From positions 160,001 through 224,000 of the forward strand of contig CAVUAK010000003.1 of NCBI GenBank assembly GCA_963739455.1: a stretch of 64,000 nt of DNA, read 5' to 3'. This document shows, piece after piece, positions 1 through 13,500 of the stretch; within the stretch, counting starts at the first letter, position 1; each line of letters opens with the position of its first letter. Source of the DNA: an uncultured Gemmatimonadales bacterium (GTDB taxonomy: Bacteria > Gemmatimonadota > Gemmatimonadetes > Gemmatimonadales > GWC2-71-9). The notes beneath the pieces are model-generated. The model saw only the letters and a list, made by a program, of their open reading frames with translations. It did not search any database and was not told where the DNA came from. Both the position numbers and the translations under genes were made by a program.

Positions 1-890
1 CATGCCTCCACGGCAGGGCGAAATGCGCGGCGCGCTACCTCACGGCGCAGCGGCACGAAAAGGCCGTCTCCCGCGAGCGTCACGCCGCCGCACACCACCA
101 CGACCTCCGGGTTGAGCACGTTGACGAGGTTCGCGATACCGGTACCGAGGAACTTCGCCGTCTCGCTGACGACCTGCAGTGCCACCACGTCGCCATGACT
201 GGCCGCTTCGTAGACCGTCTGCGCCGTGACGTTGAGCAGGCTGCCGCCGGCAAACTCCGCCAGCCGGCTCACGCCACCCGACTCGACTTCTTCCACGGCG
301 CGACGCGCAATGGCGGGACCCGAGGCGTAGGCCTCGAGGCAGCCATAGTTGCCGCACTTGCAGCGCCGGCCCTCGGTCTCGATCGTGACATGCCCGATCT
401 CGCCGGCGCAGTCCGACGCGCCATGCACCATCTCACCATTCACGATGAGGCCACCGCCGATACCCGTGCCGATGGTGATGCCCACGGCGTGGCGCGCACC
501 CTTGGCCGCGCCAATCCACCACTCGCCGAGCACGGCGCAATTGGCATCGTTGTCGAGCGCGGCGTGCAGGTCGAGGCCCGCCGACACCCGCTCCCGGAGC
601 GGCATGTTGGTCCAGCCAAGGTTGGGCGTCAGCAGCACGACGCCGCGGCTCCGGTCGAGCGGGCCGGGAGCACCGACGCCCACGCCCGCGATCTCCACCT
701 TCGGTATCGTCGCGCGGGTCTCGGAAATGGAGCGACGCGCCAGCCTGAGCAGGCGCTCCATGACGTCGTCGGCGCCGGACTCGGGCTGGGTCGGCTCGCT
801 CATCAGCCCGTGCAGCGCCGAGCCATCCTCGGCTACACAGCCGACGACGAGGTTGGTGCCGCCGATGTCGATGCCCACGACGTATCGCAT
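1..890 (-). CDS. ROK family sugar kinase (glucokinase-like), runs off the left edge
   Basis: Manual minus-strand translation from ATG at 890: MRYVVGIDIGGTNLVVGCVAEDGS; later NDANCA, GTGIGGG, EIGH and CKCGNYGCLEAYA. Absent from the ORF track because there is no stop in the window. Confidence 0.9.
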   Translation of the reverse strand, partial: MRYVVGIDIGGTNLVVGCVAEDGSALHGLMSEPTQPESGADDVMERLLRLARRSISETRATIPKVEIAGVGVGAPGPLDRSRGVVLLTPNLGWTNMPLRERVSAGLDLHAALDNDANCAVLGEWWIGAAKGARHAVGITIGTGIGGGLIVNGEMVHGASDCAGEIGHVTIETEGRRCKCGNYGCLEAYASGPAIARRAVEEVESGGVSRLAEFAGGSLLNVTAQTVYEAASHGDVVALQVVSETAKFLGTGIANLVNVLNPEVVVVCGGVTLAGDGLFVPLRREVARRAFRPAVEA

Positions 891-899
891 GTGCCCGTC

Positions 900-2186
900 T
901 CAGTGAAGCAGGGAGTGATACAAGGCCAGCAGCGGGGCCGCCAGCACCGTCGCGTCGAAGCGCTCGGCCCACGGCCGCCCGGCATCGCGCATGCGAGCGG
1001 CAAGGTCGGGATCGTCGAGGATATCCCGCATTGCCGCCGCCAGTCCCACCGCATCCGTCGCCGTCACGTATCGCGTGGACGGTCCACCGGCATCCGGGAA
1101 GCAGCCACCCGCGCTGCTGATGACCGGAAGCCCGGCGCTCATCGCCTCCACGATCGGCATACCAAAACCCTCGAACAGGCTGGGGTACAGGAACAGCGAT
1201 GCGCCTTGATACACCACGGGCAGGTCGCTGCTGCTGACGCTGCAGAGGATGTGCACGCGCGCCCCGACGCCGCGCGCGTCCGCGAGTGAGCGCAGCGACC
1301 GCGCCTCGCCACCATCTCGGCCCACCAGCACGAGCGGAGGCGTGGCGCCGGGGTCGAGCAGTGCCAGGGCCTCGACCAGCACCTGGTGATTCTTCCGCCG
1401 CTCGAGCGTGCCGACGCTCAGCAGGTATGTCGCCGGCAGCCCGAGTCGCGATCGAACCGCCCGGGCGTCGGCTTCCGGTACCGCGCGCGCGAACGCCGGG
1501 TCCCGGGCCGGGGGAATGATCGTCACATCCGCGGGGTCCACGCCATACCACTTGACGAGGTCGTCTCGCGTCTGTCCGCTCACCGCCACAATGGCCGACG
1601 CATGCTCGGCGCTCCACCGGTATCGCCAGGCATAGCTCAGCCGGTCGGCGACGGGGAAGAGCTCGGGATGACGCACGAAGAGCAGGTCGTGAAAGGTCAC
1701 GACGCCCGGAATACCGGTGCGCGGCAGGTCCCGCGGAATTTCATGCGACAGGCCGTGATAGAGGTCGACACCGTCGCGCCGCGCCGCCCGGCCAGTGCGG
1801 AACGTGCGCCAGTATTGCCGCGCTGGCGATGGTCGCATCGCCGCCGGCGGCAGGCACATTGTCGTGTGGGGCGGAAGGGTTGCGAGCCACGGCGTGTATT
1901 CGCTGCGCGGCTCCCTCGGGGCGTAGAGCGTGACGCGCGCGTCGGGTACCACCGCGGTGATTCCGGACAGGAGCCGGCGGCTGTAGTTGCCGAGCCCGGT
2001 CTGGTTGCGGAAGGCCCGGGCAGCGTCGAAGCCGAGGGAAATGCCGCGCGGCGTCAGCGCCGCGCTCCCGCCCGCTGGCGCACCGTGGCCAGGGCGCTCA
2101 GCACGCGGTCCACGCTCAGTTGGCGCAGGCAGCGATGGTGATCCAGTGGACAGGCGGCCGGCCCGAAGGTGGCGCAGGGACGACAC
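900..2186 (-). CDS. GT4 family glycosyltransferase (true start probably nearer 2060-2190)
   Basis: GTLERRKN, YPSLFEGFGMPIVEAM and TGLGNYS motifs. Confidence 0.88.
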   Translation of the reverse strand: MSSLRHLRAGRLSTGSPSLPAPTERGPRAERPGHGAPAGGSAALTPRGISLGFDAARAFRNQTGLGNYSRRLLSGITAVVPDARVTLYAPREPRSEYTPWLATLPPHTTMCLPPAAMRPSPARQYWRTFRTGRAARRDGVDLYHGLSHEIPRDLPRTGIPGVVTFHDLLFVRHPELFPVADRLSYAWRYRWSAEHASAIVAVSGQTRDDLVKWYGVDPADVTIIPPARDPAFARAVPEADARAVRSRLGLPATYLLSVGTLERRKNHQVLVEALALLDPGATPPLVLVGRDGGEARSLRSLADARGVGARVHILCSVSSSDLPVVYQGASLFLYPSLFEGFGMPIVEAMSAGLPVISSAGGCFPDAGGPSTRYVTATDAVGLAAAMRDILDDPDLAARMRDAGRPWAERFDATVLAAPLLALYHSLLH

Positions 2187-3083
2187 AGGAGCTCGTCTTC
2201 GCCCAGGCAGATCGCGTCGGGATCGAGAGGTCCGTAGCCGAAGGACGGAACGGTTGGGCCGAACAGAGCCACCATCGGCGTGCGCGTGGCGAGTGCCAGG
2301 TGCAGCGGCGAGGAATCGTTGGTGACGATGGCGGCGGCGCGGGCAATGATCGCGGTGGATGTGCGTGGCCCGACCTGTCCGCAGGCGCTGTGCGCCCGGC
2401 CGGGAGCCGCCGCCTCGATGGCATTGCCGATGACCGCGTCGGTGGGACCGCCAATCGCGACCACCGGCCCCTCGAGGCGCGCCGCGAGCTCGGGAAAGTA
2501 CGGCCAGCGCTTGGCGCCCCAGGGACTGCCGGCGCCGAGTGCCACGAAGTCACCATCGATGCCGCGGCTCGCGAGCCAGCGCTCCGCTTCCGCTTCATCC
2601 TCGTCGGTGAGGCCCAGCGTCACCGGTGGTACCGGCGCGCCGAGTGGGAGCCCGGCCAGCGACCAGAGGCGCGCCGTTTCATGCGCCTGTACCGGGCGTG
2701 GAAGGCGCTTGGTATACAACGGCGCCGCGGGGCTGTCCTCGAAGCCGATGCGCTCCGGGATCCGCGCGAGCAGCACCATCGTGGCCGAGCGCCAGGAGCG
2801 ATGCGGAAGGTAGGCGGCGGAGTAGGCCTGGCTGCCGCAGGAGGCCGGCCACGCGTCGCAGCCCGGGCCAGCCGCGATCGGCGCCCCGCTTGTCGTAGCG
2901 GATCACGGCGCCGACGGCGGGATGGGTATCGAGGAGGGTGGCCGACTGCGGCGTCGCCACGACGTCCACCGGCCCGTGCAACTCGGCCAGGGTCGTGAGG
3001 AGCGGCGTCGTGAGGATCACGTCGCCCATGTACGCCGTCTGGATGACGACCGCGCCCGAGCGCTTGCGCCAGAAAGGACTCAC
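2054..3083 (-). CDS. GT9 family LPS heptosyltransferase (WaaF-like), frameshift near 2825
   Basis: N-part IQTAYMGDVILTTPLL in ORF 2679-3083; C-part AKRWPYF and TNDSSPLHLA...ALFGPT in ORF 2054-2779. Confidence 0.85.
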
Positions 3084-3128
3084 CGGCCGCCTTGCCGCCC
3101 TGACTTCTTGCCGCCTGCCGCCGGACGG

Positions 3129-4931
<1,803 letters not shown>

Positions 4932-4950
4932 GATGGAGGAGAATATAGCC

Positions 4951-5919
4951 ATGAAGGCCATTCGTATCCGCGCGACGGGAGGCCCCGAGGCGCTCGAGTT
5001 CGAGGAACTGCCGCTGCCGGCGCCCGGCCCGGGGCAGGTGCTGATCCGGGTCGAGGCCTGTGGCGTCAATTTCATCGAGGTCTACCAGCGCACCGGGTTC
5101 TATCCGGTGACCTTCCCGGCGACGCCGGGGACCGAGGCCGCGGGTCTCGTGGTGGTCCCCGGCGAGGGCGTCGTGGGCTTCCGGCCGGGCGACAAGGTGG
5201 CGTCCACGAGCGTTATCGGCGCGTACGCCGAGTACGCCCTGGTGGCCGCCGACCGGCTGGTGCGTGTTCCCCAGGGCATCACCACGCATCAGGCGGCGGC
5301 GGTGCTGCTGCAGGGCATGACGGCGCACTACCTGACCCACGACACCTTCCCCCTGGCGCCCGGCGACACCTGCCTGGTGCATGCGGCGGCCGGTGGCACC
5401 GGCCTGCTGCTGGTGCAGCTGGCCAGGCAGCGCGGGGCACGCGTGATCGGCACCACATCCAGCGAGGAGAAGGCCGCCCTCGCCCGCCAGGCCGGCGCTG
5501 ATGAGGTGATCCTCTACACCAGGGAGGACTTCGTTGAGCGGACGAGGGCCCTCACGGGTGGCGTCGGTGTCCAGGTGGTCTACGACTCGGTGGGTCGCAC
5601 CACCTTCCTGCCCGGTCTCGACTGCCTGAGGACGCGCGGCATGATGGTGCTGTTCGGCCAGTCGAGCGGTGGCGTGGACCCGGTGGAGGTGTCCCTGCTC
5701 CAGCGGAAGGGCTCCCTCTTCCTGACACGCCCCACGCTCAATCACTACATCGTGACGGCGGACGAACTGCAGGCCCGCGCCACAGCGGTGTTCGCGGCGG
5801 TGGCCGATGGTACGCTGACCGTCCGAATCGGCGCCGAGTTTCCTCTGGCAGCAGCGGCCGATGCGCATCGCGAACTCGAGGGCCGGCGCACGACAGGAAA
5901 GGTGCTGCTTCTTCCGTAG
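4951..5919 (+). CDS. NADPH:quinone oxidoreductase (zeta-crystallin/Qor family)
   Basis: [56 protein letters not shown]. Confidence 0.92.
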   Translation: MKAIRIRATGGPEALEFEELPLPAPGPGQVLIRVEACGVNFIEVYQRTGFYPVTFPATPGTEAAGLVVVPGEGVVGFRPGDKVASTSVIGAYAEYALVAADRLVRVPQGITTHQAAAVLLQGMTAHYLTHDTFPLAPGDTCLVHAAAGGTGLLLVQLARQRGARVIGTTSSEEKAALARQAGADEVILYTREDFVERTRALTGGVGVQVVYDSVGRTTFLPGLDCLRTRGMMVLFGQSSGGVDPVEVSLLQRKGSLFLTRPTLNHYIVTADELQARATAVFAAVADGTLTVRIGAEFPLAAAADAHRELEGRRTTGKVLLLP

Positions 5920-6807
5920 ATGCCGCTGACCACACCTGCCTACGGCCTCCTCCTCGTCATTCTCATCTGGGGAGGCAACTTCACCGCCACCAAGCTGGCG
6001 TTCGCCGACATTTCGCCCCTCGCCTTCACGGCGGTGCGATTCGCCTTCGGTTCGGTGCTCATGTGGCTCGTCCTGGCGCGCAAGGAAGGCTGGCGGCTGC
6101 CGCCCCGCGCCACGTGGGTGCCGCTCATCCTGCTCGGCGTGGTCGGCAATACCATCTACCAGCTGTGCTTCATGACCGGGCTGTATCGCACGACCGCGAC
6201 GAACAGTTCGCTCATTCTCGCCAGCATGCCGACCGTGGTGACGGTGGCGGCAGGGATGCTGGGGTTCGAGCAGATCACGGCGCGGCAGAAATGGGCGCTC
6301 GCCATCGCCACACTGGGCGTGCTCCTTGTGGTCGCGTCGCGGGGCATCACCCTCGACGGCGACCTGGCGGGCGACCTGCTCATGCTTGCGGCGGTGCTCT
6401 GCTGGGCGACGTACACGCTCGGTCTCCGCAGCCTCAGCGGTCGCGTGAGTACCCTGGCGCTGACCACCTGGACCCTCATCACTGGTACCCCCGGCCTCAT
6501 CCTCGCGGGCGTGCCGGCGGTGCGGGCAATGAACTGGGGTGCCGTCTCGCCGACCGGATGGTTCGGGCTTGCCTACGCCACGCTGCTCTCGCTCGTGGTG
6601 GCGTACCTGCTCTGGAATCGTGGCGTGCGCCAGATCGGCCCCAGTCGCGCCGCCATCTTCACGACCCTCACGCCGCTCGTTGCCACCCTCACGGCAATCG
6701 CGGTCCTGGGAGAGCGGCCCGGTTTGCTCCACCTCGCCGGTGGAGCGATGATCATCGCGGGCGTGCTGGTGTCACGGAAGCCGACGCTCCCCACCTCGAC
6801 ACCCTGA
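5920..6807 (+). CDS. DMT/EamA family transporter
   Basis: About 10 hydrophobic segments; IWGGNF and LGERP..H.AGG patterns. Confidence 0.88.
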   Translation: MPLTTPAYGLLLVILIWGGNFTATKLAFADISPLAFTAVRFAFGSVLMWLVLARKEGWRLPPRATWVPLILLGVVGNTIYQLCFMTGLYRTTATNSSLILASMPTVVTVAAGMLGFEQITARQKWALAIATLGVLLVVASRGITLDGDLAGDLLMLAAVLCWATYTLGLRSLSGRVSTLALTTWTLITGTPGLILAGVPAVRAMNWGAVSPTGWFGLAYATLLSLVVAYLLWNRGVRQIGPSRAAIFTTLTPLVATLTAIAVLGERPGLLHLAGGAMIIAGVLVSRKPTLPTSTP

Positions 6808-6823
6808 CGGAAGGCAACGGCGC

Positions 6824-7036
6824 ATGCGCATCGTGAACGAGCCGGGCGGTGACACGTGGATCTGCCTGCAGGTGCCCGAGCGGCCCGACACGGCGGCCGG
6901 AACGGTGCTTGTCGAGTGCAACTCGGGGGCGGAGCGGGTGGAACTGGTGCTGCAGCCGGACTGGGAGGACATCGACGAGGAGGCAATGATCGCGGCCATT
7001 CACGATGGCGTTGCGCGGAACAAGGGCCGGGACTGA
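6824..7036 (+). CDS. Small hypothetical protein (70 aa)
   Basis: Follows the EamA gene on the same strand with protein-like composition; no family recognised. Confidence 0.55.
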   Translation: MRIVNEPGGDTWICLQVPERPDTAAGTVLVECNSGAERVELVLQPDWEDIDEEAMIAAIHDGVARNKGRD

Positions 7037-7059
7037 CCTTGGGCGAGTGCGCGACCCGC

Positions 7060-7404
7060 TCAACTCGGGGCCAGTTCCTCCAGCCGGGCCATTGCCCGCC
7101 GCAGGTGCGGAATGACGATGCTCCCTCCCACCACCAGGCCCACTGAGAAAATTTCCAGGAATTCTTCCCGCGTGGTGCCTTCCTCATGGCAGCGGACCAC
7201 ATGGTACGTGATGCAATCGTCACAGCGCAGCACCAGGCTCGACACGAGGCCCAGCATCTCCTTGGTCTTGGTGCCCAGCGCCCCCGGCTCGTAGCAGCGG
7301 TGATCGAGGGCGAAGAAACGATTGATAGTGAGGTTGCCCGCATTGAGGATGATGTCGTTCATCCGCCCGCGGAATGCATTGAAGTCGACGAGGGAATCGG
7401 TCAC
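7060..7404 (-). CDS. Carboxymuconolactone decarboxylase/AhpD-like protein
   Basis: KTKEMLGLVSSLVLRCDDCITYH (CxxC...H). Confidence 0.85.
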   Translation of the reverse strand: MTDSLVDFNAFRGRMNDIILNAGNLTINRFFALDHRCYEPGALGTKTKEMLGLVSSLVLRCDDCITYHVVRCHEEGTTREEFLEIFSVGLVVGGSIVIPHLRRAMARLEELAPS

Positions 7405-7655
7405 TGCTTGCGTCGCTTGAGTTCCGGTTCGCCAGTGCTCTGGGGGGGCTTCGGCCGGTCAGCCGCCGGCGGCGCGGGCCGGCTCGGCGGCGCTGGAGCA
7501 GGTTGCGGTGCCGCCTTGCCCCCGTTGGACGGTTGCGGCTTGGGCTGCTCCTTCGGCTTCTCCGCCTGCGCGTGAAGCACCGGGCTCCCGGGAACAGCGG
7601 GAGCCGCGGCGAGAAGAGCGATGCTGATGACTGCCGTTGTGACCAGGGACTTCAT
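7401..7655 (-). CDS. Small secreted Pro-rich hypothetical protein
   Basis: GGAGG RBS before MKSLVTTAVISIALLAAAP signal peptide; overlaps the start of the next gene by 4 bp. Confidence 0.6.
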   Translation of the reverse strand: MKSLVTTAVISIALLAAAPAVPGSPVLHAQAEKPKEQPKPQPSNGGKAAPQPAPAPPSRPAPPAADRPKPPQSTGEPELKRRKQ

Positions 7656-7846
7656 GAAACCTCCACCCTCATCCGGGAGTACGGTCGAAGCAGCAAATGT
7701 GCCACCCCGCGGCCCGCATGCAAGGTCTTTGCTGACAATCACCACCTGTTTCGAGATGGCCAGCACTGTCCCCTGGGAGTGTCCCGCCTTCCGGTCACCG
7801 CTGTGCGTTGACGGCCGATGGGGTGTACCCGTACGTTGCGCCCCGC

Positions 7847-8767
7847 ATGTCGCGTCCTGAAGCACCTGCTGCCCGAGCCCGGCTCGATCTCCTCGATCCG
7901 GTGGACGTCGCACGCCTTGGAGGGCTCGAACTGGTAAGTGAGGGGATCGTGGAGGGGTTCCTCAGCGGACTCCACCGGTCGCCGCGCCGCGGGTTTTCAG
8001 TGGAGTTCGCCGAGCACCGCATGTACCAGCCGGGCGATGAGTTGCGGTACGTCGACTGGAAGATGCTGGGCCGGAGTGACCGCCTCTATGTGAAGCAGTA
8101 CGAGGAGGAAACCAACCTCCGCGCCATGATCGTCTGTGATGCCAGCCGGTCGATGGCCTGGTCGGGCGCGCCCGATACCGTGCTGCCGAAGCTGGCCTAC
8201 GCACAGCGTCTCATTGCGTCACTTTCCCTCATCCTCCTGCGCCAGCGTGACGCCACGGGCCTGATCGTGTTCGACGATGAGGTGCGCCACGTCACGCCCC
8301 CCCGCGCGCGCGCCGCCCACTGGCGCCAGCTGCTCGCCACCCTCGCCGCCACGAAGGCCGGCCAGGGAACCGCCGCGGCACCGGCACTCAAGCGGGTGGT
8401 GGATACCCTGCGCCGCCGGGGACTCGTGGTGTTCGTGTCCGACTTGCTGCTCGACCGCGACCTGGCGCTCACCGCGCTGCGCTTCCTGCGGCATCGCGGG
8501 CATCAGGTGGTGGTGCTGCACCTCATGGACCCCGCCGAAGTGACGCTGTCGGGCCCCGCCGAGGCGCGCTTCGAGGATCCGGAGACCGGAACCTCCGTCG
8601 TGCTCCGCCCCCGTGACTGGGCCGAGGCGTACGATCGCACCGTCCGGGGGGCGGTGTCGGACTGGAATGCGGCCTGCCGGCGCAGCGGCATCAGCTATCA
8701 TCGCATCGTGACCGATACCCCGTTCGGTCATGCCCTGCGGGTCATATTGGCCAACTCGTCAGCATGA
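7847..8767 (+). CDS. DUF58 domain protein (vWA-like, MoxR-associated)
   Basis: GLHRSPRRGFSVEFAEHRMYQPGDELRYVDWK...YVKQYEEETN. Confidence 0.93.
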   Translation: MSRPEAPAARARLDLLDPVDVARLGGLELVSEGIVEGFLSGLHRSPRRGFSVEFAEHRMYQPGDELRYVDWKMLGRSDRLYVKQYEEETNLRAMIVCDASRSMAWSGAPDTVLPKLAYAQRLIASLSLILLRQRDATGLIVFDDEVRHVTPPRARAAHWRQLLATLAATKAGQGTAAAPALKRVVDTLRRRGLVVFVSDLLLDRDLALTALRFLRHRGHQVVVLHLMDPAEVTLSGPAEARFEDPETGTSVVLRPRDWAEAYDRTVRGAVSDWNAACRRSGISYHRIVTDTPFGHALRVILANSSA

Positions 8768-10545
8768 CCTTTCTCCATCCCTGGTTGCTCGCCGGCCTTC
8801 TTGCCGCCGGCGTGCCGCTGCTGCTGCACCTGGTGCAGCGGCGTGAGCCGCCCACCGTCGTCTTTCCCGCGGTGCGCTACCTGCTCGATGCCACGCGGGA
8901 GCACCAGCGCCGCCTCCGGATCCGTCACTGGCTGCTGCTCCTGCTGCGCACCCTGCTCGTGGTGGCGCTCGTCCTTGCGGCGGCAGGACCGAGCGTGCGT
9001 CGCACCGGGGTCACCGGGCACGCACCGAGCGCCCTGGTGCTGGTGCTCGACAACAGCCTGAGCAGTGCGGCGGTGGTGGGAGGAACGCCTCGCCTGGCAC
9101 AGCTTGTCCGTGCGGCCGACGGTGTCCTCGCGCGCGCCACGCCCGGGGATGCGGTCTGGCTGCTTCTCGCGGACGGTGCCGCGCGGCGCGGAGATCCCGC
9201 GACATTGCGGTCGGCGCTGCATGACTTGCAACCGTCCACCACGCGACTCGATCTCGGTCACGCCGTGCAGGCGGCTGATGAGGTGCTCGCCGGCGAGTCG
9301 CTCCCGGGAGAGATCGTCATCGTCACCGACCTGCAGGCCACGGCGCTGGGCGCTGCGGCGCCCCGTGTGCCGGTGACCGTGTCACGGCCTGAGGGAGCGA
9401 TACCGCCGAACATCGGCGTGGCGGAAGTTGTCGCTGGTGCGCAGCCGTGGTCGACCGATGGTGGCCAGGTCCAGGTGCAGGTTGTGGGCGACTCCGGTGC
9501 GCAGGCGCCGCTCTCGCTCACGGCTGGTGATCGCCCTGCTCGGCAGGCCCTGGCGACCGTCGGGGGCAGGACGCAGGTCGCGGTCCCTGGCGCGCCGGCC
9601 GGATGGTATGCACTCCGCGCGACGATCCAGGCCGACGAGCTTCGCCTCGATGACCAGCGCGTCCTGGGCTTGCGCATGGCGCCGCTCGCGCGCGCATCGT
9701 GTGCGCCGGCGGGGCGCTTTGCCGAGGCCGCCTGTGACGTGCTTCGCTCCAATGGCCGGCTCCTGCCGGGCGATGACATCGTGCTGGGCGGCTTTGGGGC
9801 CTCGGCATCGATCGTCGTACCGCCCGCTGATCCGGCGTCGCTCGGTGCAGTCAACCGTGAACTCGAGCGGCGCGGCGTCGCGTGGCATTTCGGTGATGCC
9901 GCCGCCGCGAGCGCCACCGACAGCAGCAGCATCCTCCCTCCCGCCCGCCTGTTCCGGCGGCTCCGCCTCCTGCCATCGGGGAGCGGGCGCACGGGCGTGC
10001 TGATGACAGCGGGTGGCGAGCCCTGGCTGGTGCGAAGCGGCTCGGTGCTTCTCATTGGGAGCCGTCTGGACACGGCCTGGACGGCACTGCCGTTTCAGGC
10101 GGAGTTCGTCCCCTTCATCGACGTGCTCCTCAACCGGCTCGCCAGGGGTGAGGTCGCCTCACTGGAGGTGGCCGCGGGAGCTGCTGGAACCGTACCGGAT
10201 CTTGTTTCGGCGGCGGTGAAAGGGTCGCAACAATGGCCGCTTGAAGGAGGAGGGCGTTTTGCGCCTCCCGATACCGGTCTTTACTTCCTCCTGCGGGGCA
10301 CCGACACGGTCGGCGCACTCGCGTCCAATCCCGATCCGCGTGAGTCCATGCTCCAGCAGGCAAGTGATGCGCAGGTCCGCGCGCTCTGGCGTGGCGCCAG
10401 CGTCGTTCCCCTCGACCAGGTAGCGTCGGCCGCCTTCTCCGCGGGCGCGCGGGGCGACCTGCGCGGCCCTCTGCTGTGGCTGGCACTGGTGCTCGCGCTC
10501 GCCGAAGTGGGACTCGCCAGCGTGTGGGGCAGGAGGCGGGCATGA
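8764..10545 (+). CDS. BatA N-terminal/vWA domain membrane protein
   Basis: MTFLHPWLL...PLLLHL...FPAVRYL, MIDAS-like DNSLS, C-terminal NPDPRES plus a TM helix. Confidence 0.85.
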   Translation: MTFLHPWLLAGLLAAGVPLLLHLVQRREPPTVVFPAVRYLLDATREHQRRLRIRHWLLLLLRTLLVVALVLAAAGPSVRRTGVTGHAPSALVLVLDNSLSSAAVVGGTPRLAQLVRAADGVLARATPGDAVWLLLADGAARRGDPATLRSALHDLQPSTTRLDLGHAVQAADEVLAGESLPGEIVIVTDLQATALGAAAPRVPVTVSRPEGAIPPNIGVAEVVAGAQPWSTDGGQVQVQVVGDSGAQAPLSLTAGDRPARQALATVGGRTQVAVPGAPAGWYALRATIQADELRLDDQRVLGLRMAPLARASCAPAGRFAEAACDVLRSNGRLLPGDDIVLGGFGASASIVVPPADPASLGAVNRELERRGVAWHFGDAAAASATDSSSILPPARLFRRLRLLPSGSGRTGVLMTAGGEPWLVRSGSVLLIGSRLDTAWTALPFQAEFVPFIDVLLNRLARGEVASLEVAAGAAGTVPDLVSAAVKGSQQWPLEGGGRFAPPDTGLYFLLRGTDTVGALASNPDPRESMLQQASDAQVRALWRGASVVPLDQVASAAFSAGARGDLRGPLLWLALVLALAEVGLASVWGRRRA

Positions 10546-13500
10546 GCATTCCCCTGCTGCTCGACGCCTTCGAGCGGACGCCCGCGGCGCGGGACCTGAT
10601 GACGCGCCTGCCCGGTCGGGGTGCCGTGCTCGATATCGGCGGCCTGCCGGGGTCGAGTGGCGCCGTGCTCGCCGCTGCGATGGTGCGCTCGTCACCCCAG
10701 CGCGTCATGGCGGTCGTGGCGCCGACGCCCGCCGATGCGGAGCGATGGCTGACCGACCTGCAGTTCCTCTCCGACGAGCCGGTCGCGCTCTATCCGCAGC
10801 GCGAGGCACTGGGCGAGGACGAGCCGCACTACGAGATCGCGGGCGAGCGGGTCGAGACGATCGAGGCGCTCCTCGGCGGCCGGCTGCGCATCCTCATCAC
10901 GACGGCACGCGCCATCGCCGAGCGCACGCTCGTGCCAGCGTCGCTCGAGAAGCGCCGCATCCGGATCGCCAAGGGCACCCGCATCCGGCCCCAGGTGCTG
11001 GTGCAGGATCTCGAGGCGATGGGTTTCACGCGCGTCACCACCGTCACCGAAGTGGCGGAGTTCTCGTCGCGCGGCGGCATCGTGGATGTCTACGGCTTCG
11101 GCATGGCCTCGGCGACACGACTCGAGTGGTGGGACGACGAGGTCTCGTCGCTGCGCGCGTTCGACCTCACCACGCAGCGGTCCGGCGCGGAACTGGATGA
11201 GGTGACGGTGCTGCCGATCAAGGCAGTGGAGGTCGGAGAGTCGGGGAGGGCGGGGAAGGCGGGTACTGCGGGCGACGTGCGCCGGACGCTGCTCGACCTG
11301 CTGCCCTCGGACGCGCTCCTGTTGCTGGACACGCCGGGGCCCATCGACGACGAGATCGACCGCGCCTGGCGCGAGGCGGAGCATCACCTCGAGATCGCGC
11401 GCCGGCTGGGCGAGGACGTCCCGGAGCGCGAGGAGATCCTGGAGGCACCTGCGGCAGTGCGCGACGCGCATGCATGCGCTGCCACGCCTGCGCCTCGTGG
11501 CCGAGGGCGCGCAGCTGCAGTTCGGTTTCCTGCCGCCGGAGAAGATCGACCGCCAGGTGAATCGCCTGCGCGACCTGCTCCATCGCCCGCCTGATACCAT
11601 CATCCTCTGCGACAACGAGGGCCAGATCGAGCGGCTCGACGAGTTGCTCGAGGAGCGCGGAAACCTCCCGGCGCATGCGACGCTCGTGGTGGGCGCGCTC
11701 GACGGCGGCTTCCTGATGCCGGGCCTGCGGGTCCTCACCGACCACGAGATCTTCCGCCGCGCGCGCCGGCTGCGCCGCGCGCGGCGCTACCGCCAGGCGG
11801 CGCCCTCGGCGGCGACGGGCGCGCTGGTGAAGGGCGACTACGTGGTCCACCTCGACCACGGCATCGGCATCTATCGCGGTATCGAGACGATCACGGTGGG
11901 GTCGTCGACGATGGAAGTGGCGGTGGTGGAGTACGAGGGCGGCGACCGCCTCAACGTGCCGCTCTACCGGCTCGACCAGCTGGAGCGCTATCGCTCCGCC
12001 GAGGATGACGGCGACCGGCCGCCGCCGCGGATCCACGCCCTCGGTGGATCGCACTGGAAGAAGGTGCGGGAGAAGGCGCAGCTGGGCATCCGGCAGATGG
12101 CGGGTGAACTGCTCGATCTCTACGCGCGACGGAAGCTCGCCACCGGCTACGCCTTCCCGCCCGACACCCGCTGGCAGCGCGAGCTCGAGTCGAGCTTTCT
12201 CTACGAGGACACGCCCGACCAGCGGAAGGCGACCGAGGACATCAAGCGCGACCTCGAGCAGGCCCGGCCCATGGATCGCCTGCTGGTGGGCGACGTGGGC
12301 TACGGCAAGACCGAGATCGCGGTGCGCGCGGCGTTCAAGGCGGTGCAGGGCGGCAAGCAGGTGGCCGTGCTGGTGCCGACCACGATCCTCGCGGAGCAGC
12401 ACGGGCGCACCTTCACCGAGCGCCTGGCCGACTATCCGGTGAAGATCGAGGTGCTCTCGCGCTTCCGGACGGCGAAGGAGCAGAAGGCGGCGCTGGCGCG
12501 GCTGACGCTGGGCGAGATCGACATCATCATCGGCACGCACCGGCTGCTCTCGTCGGACGTGACCTTCAAGGACCTCGGCCTGCTCGTCGTCGACGAGGAG
12601 CACCGCTTCGGCGTGAAGCACAAGGAGCGGCTCAAGGCACTGCGCCTCGCCGTGGACGTGCTGACGCTCACCGCCACGCCGATTCCGCGCACGCTGCACC
12701 TCTCGCTGGCCGGCCTGCGCGACCTGACGCTCATCGAGACGCCGCCGCGCGACCGTTCGCCGATCCTCACCTTCGTGGAGCCGTGGGACGACGGCCTGCT
12801 GGAGGAGGCGATGGCCCGCGAGCTCGATCGCGGCGGCCAGGTCTTCTTCGTCCACAACCGGGTGGAGACGATCGAGACCATCGCGGCCCGCGTGCGGCAC
12901 CTGGCGCCGCGCGCCCGTGTCGGGGTGGCCCACGGCCAGATGGCCTCGACGCCGCTCGAGGACGTCATGCAGCGCTTCGTGTCGGGCGAGATCGACATCC
13001 TGGTGAGCACGATGATCGTCGAGTCGGGCCTGGACGTTCCCAACGCCAACACGATGATCGTGCACGATGCGCATCGCTTCGGCCTCGCCCAGCTCTACCA
13101 GTTGCGGGGCCGGGTCGGGCGCAGCCATCGCCGGGCGTACTGCTACCTCATCGTCCCCGACTCGATCGATGCCGACGCCGAAGAGCGGCTCAAGGTGCTG
13201 GAGCATCACACCGATCTCGGCGCAGGCTACCGGGTGGCCCTCAAGGACCTGGAGCTCCGCGGGGCGGGCAACATGCTGGGCGCGGAACAGTCCGGCCAGG
13301 CCCACGCCGTCGGGTTCGACCTGTACCTGCGATGGCTGGAGGAAACGGTGCAGGCGCTCCGGGGTCAGGGGGGCCGCGAAACCCAGCCACCACCCGAGGT
13401 GGTGCTCGATCGGCCGGCCCACCTGCCGGACTCGTTCGTGGGCGACGACGACACCAAGCTGGACCTCTACCGTAGACTGGCGCGAGCGGAGACGCCTGAC

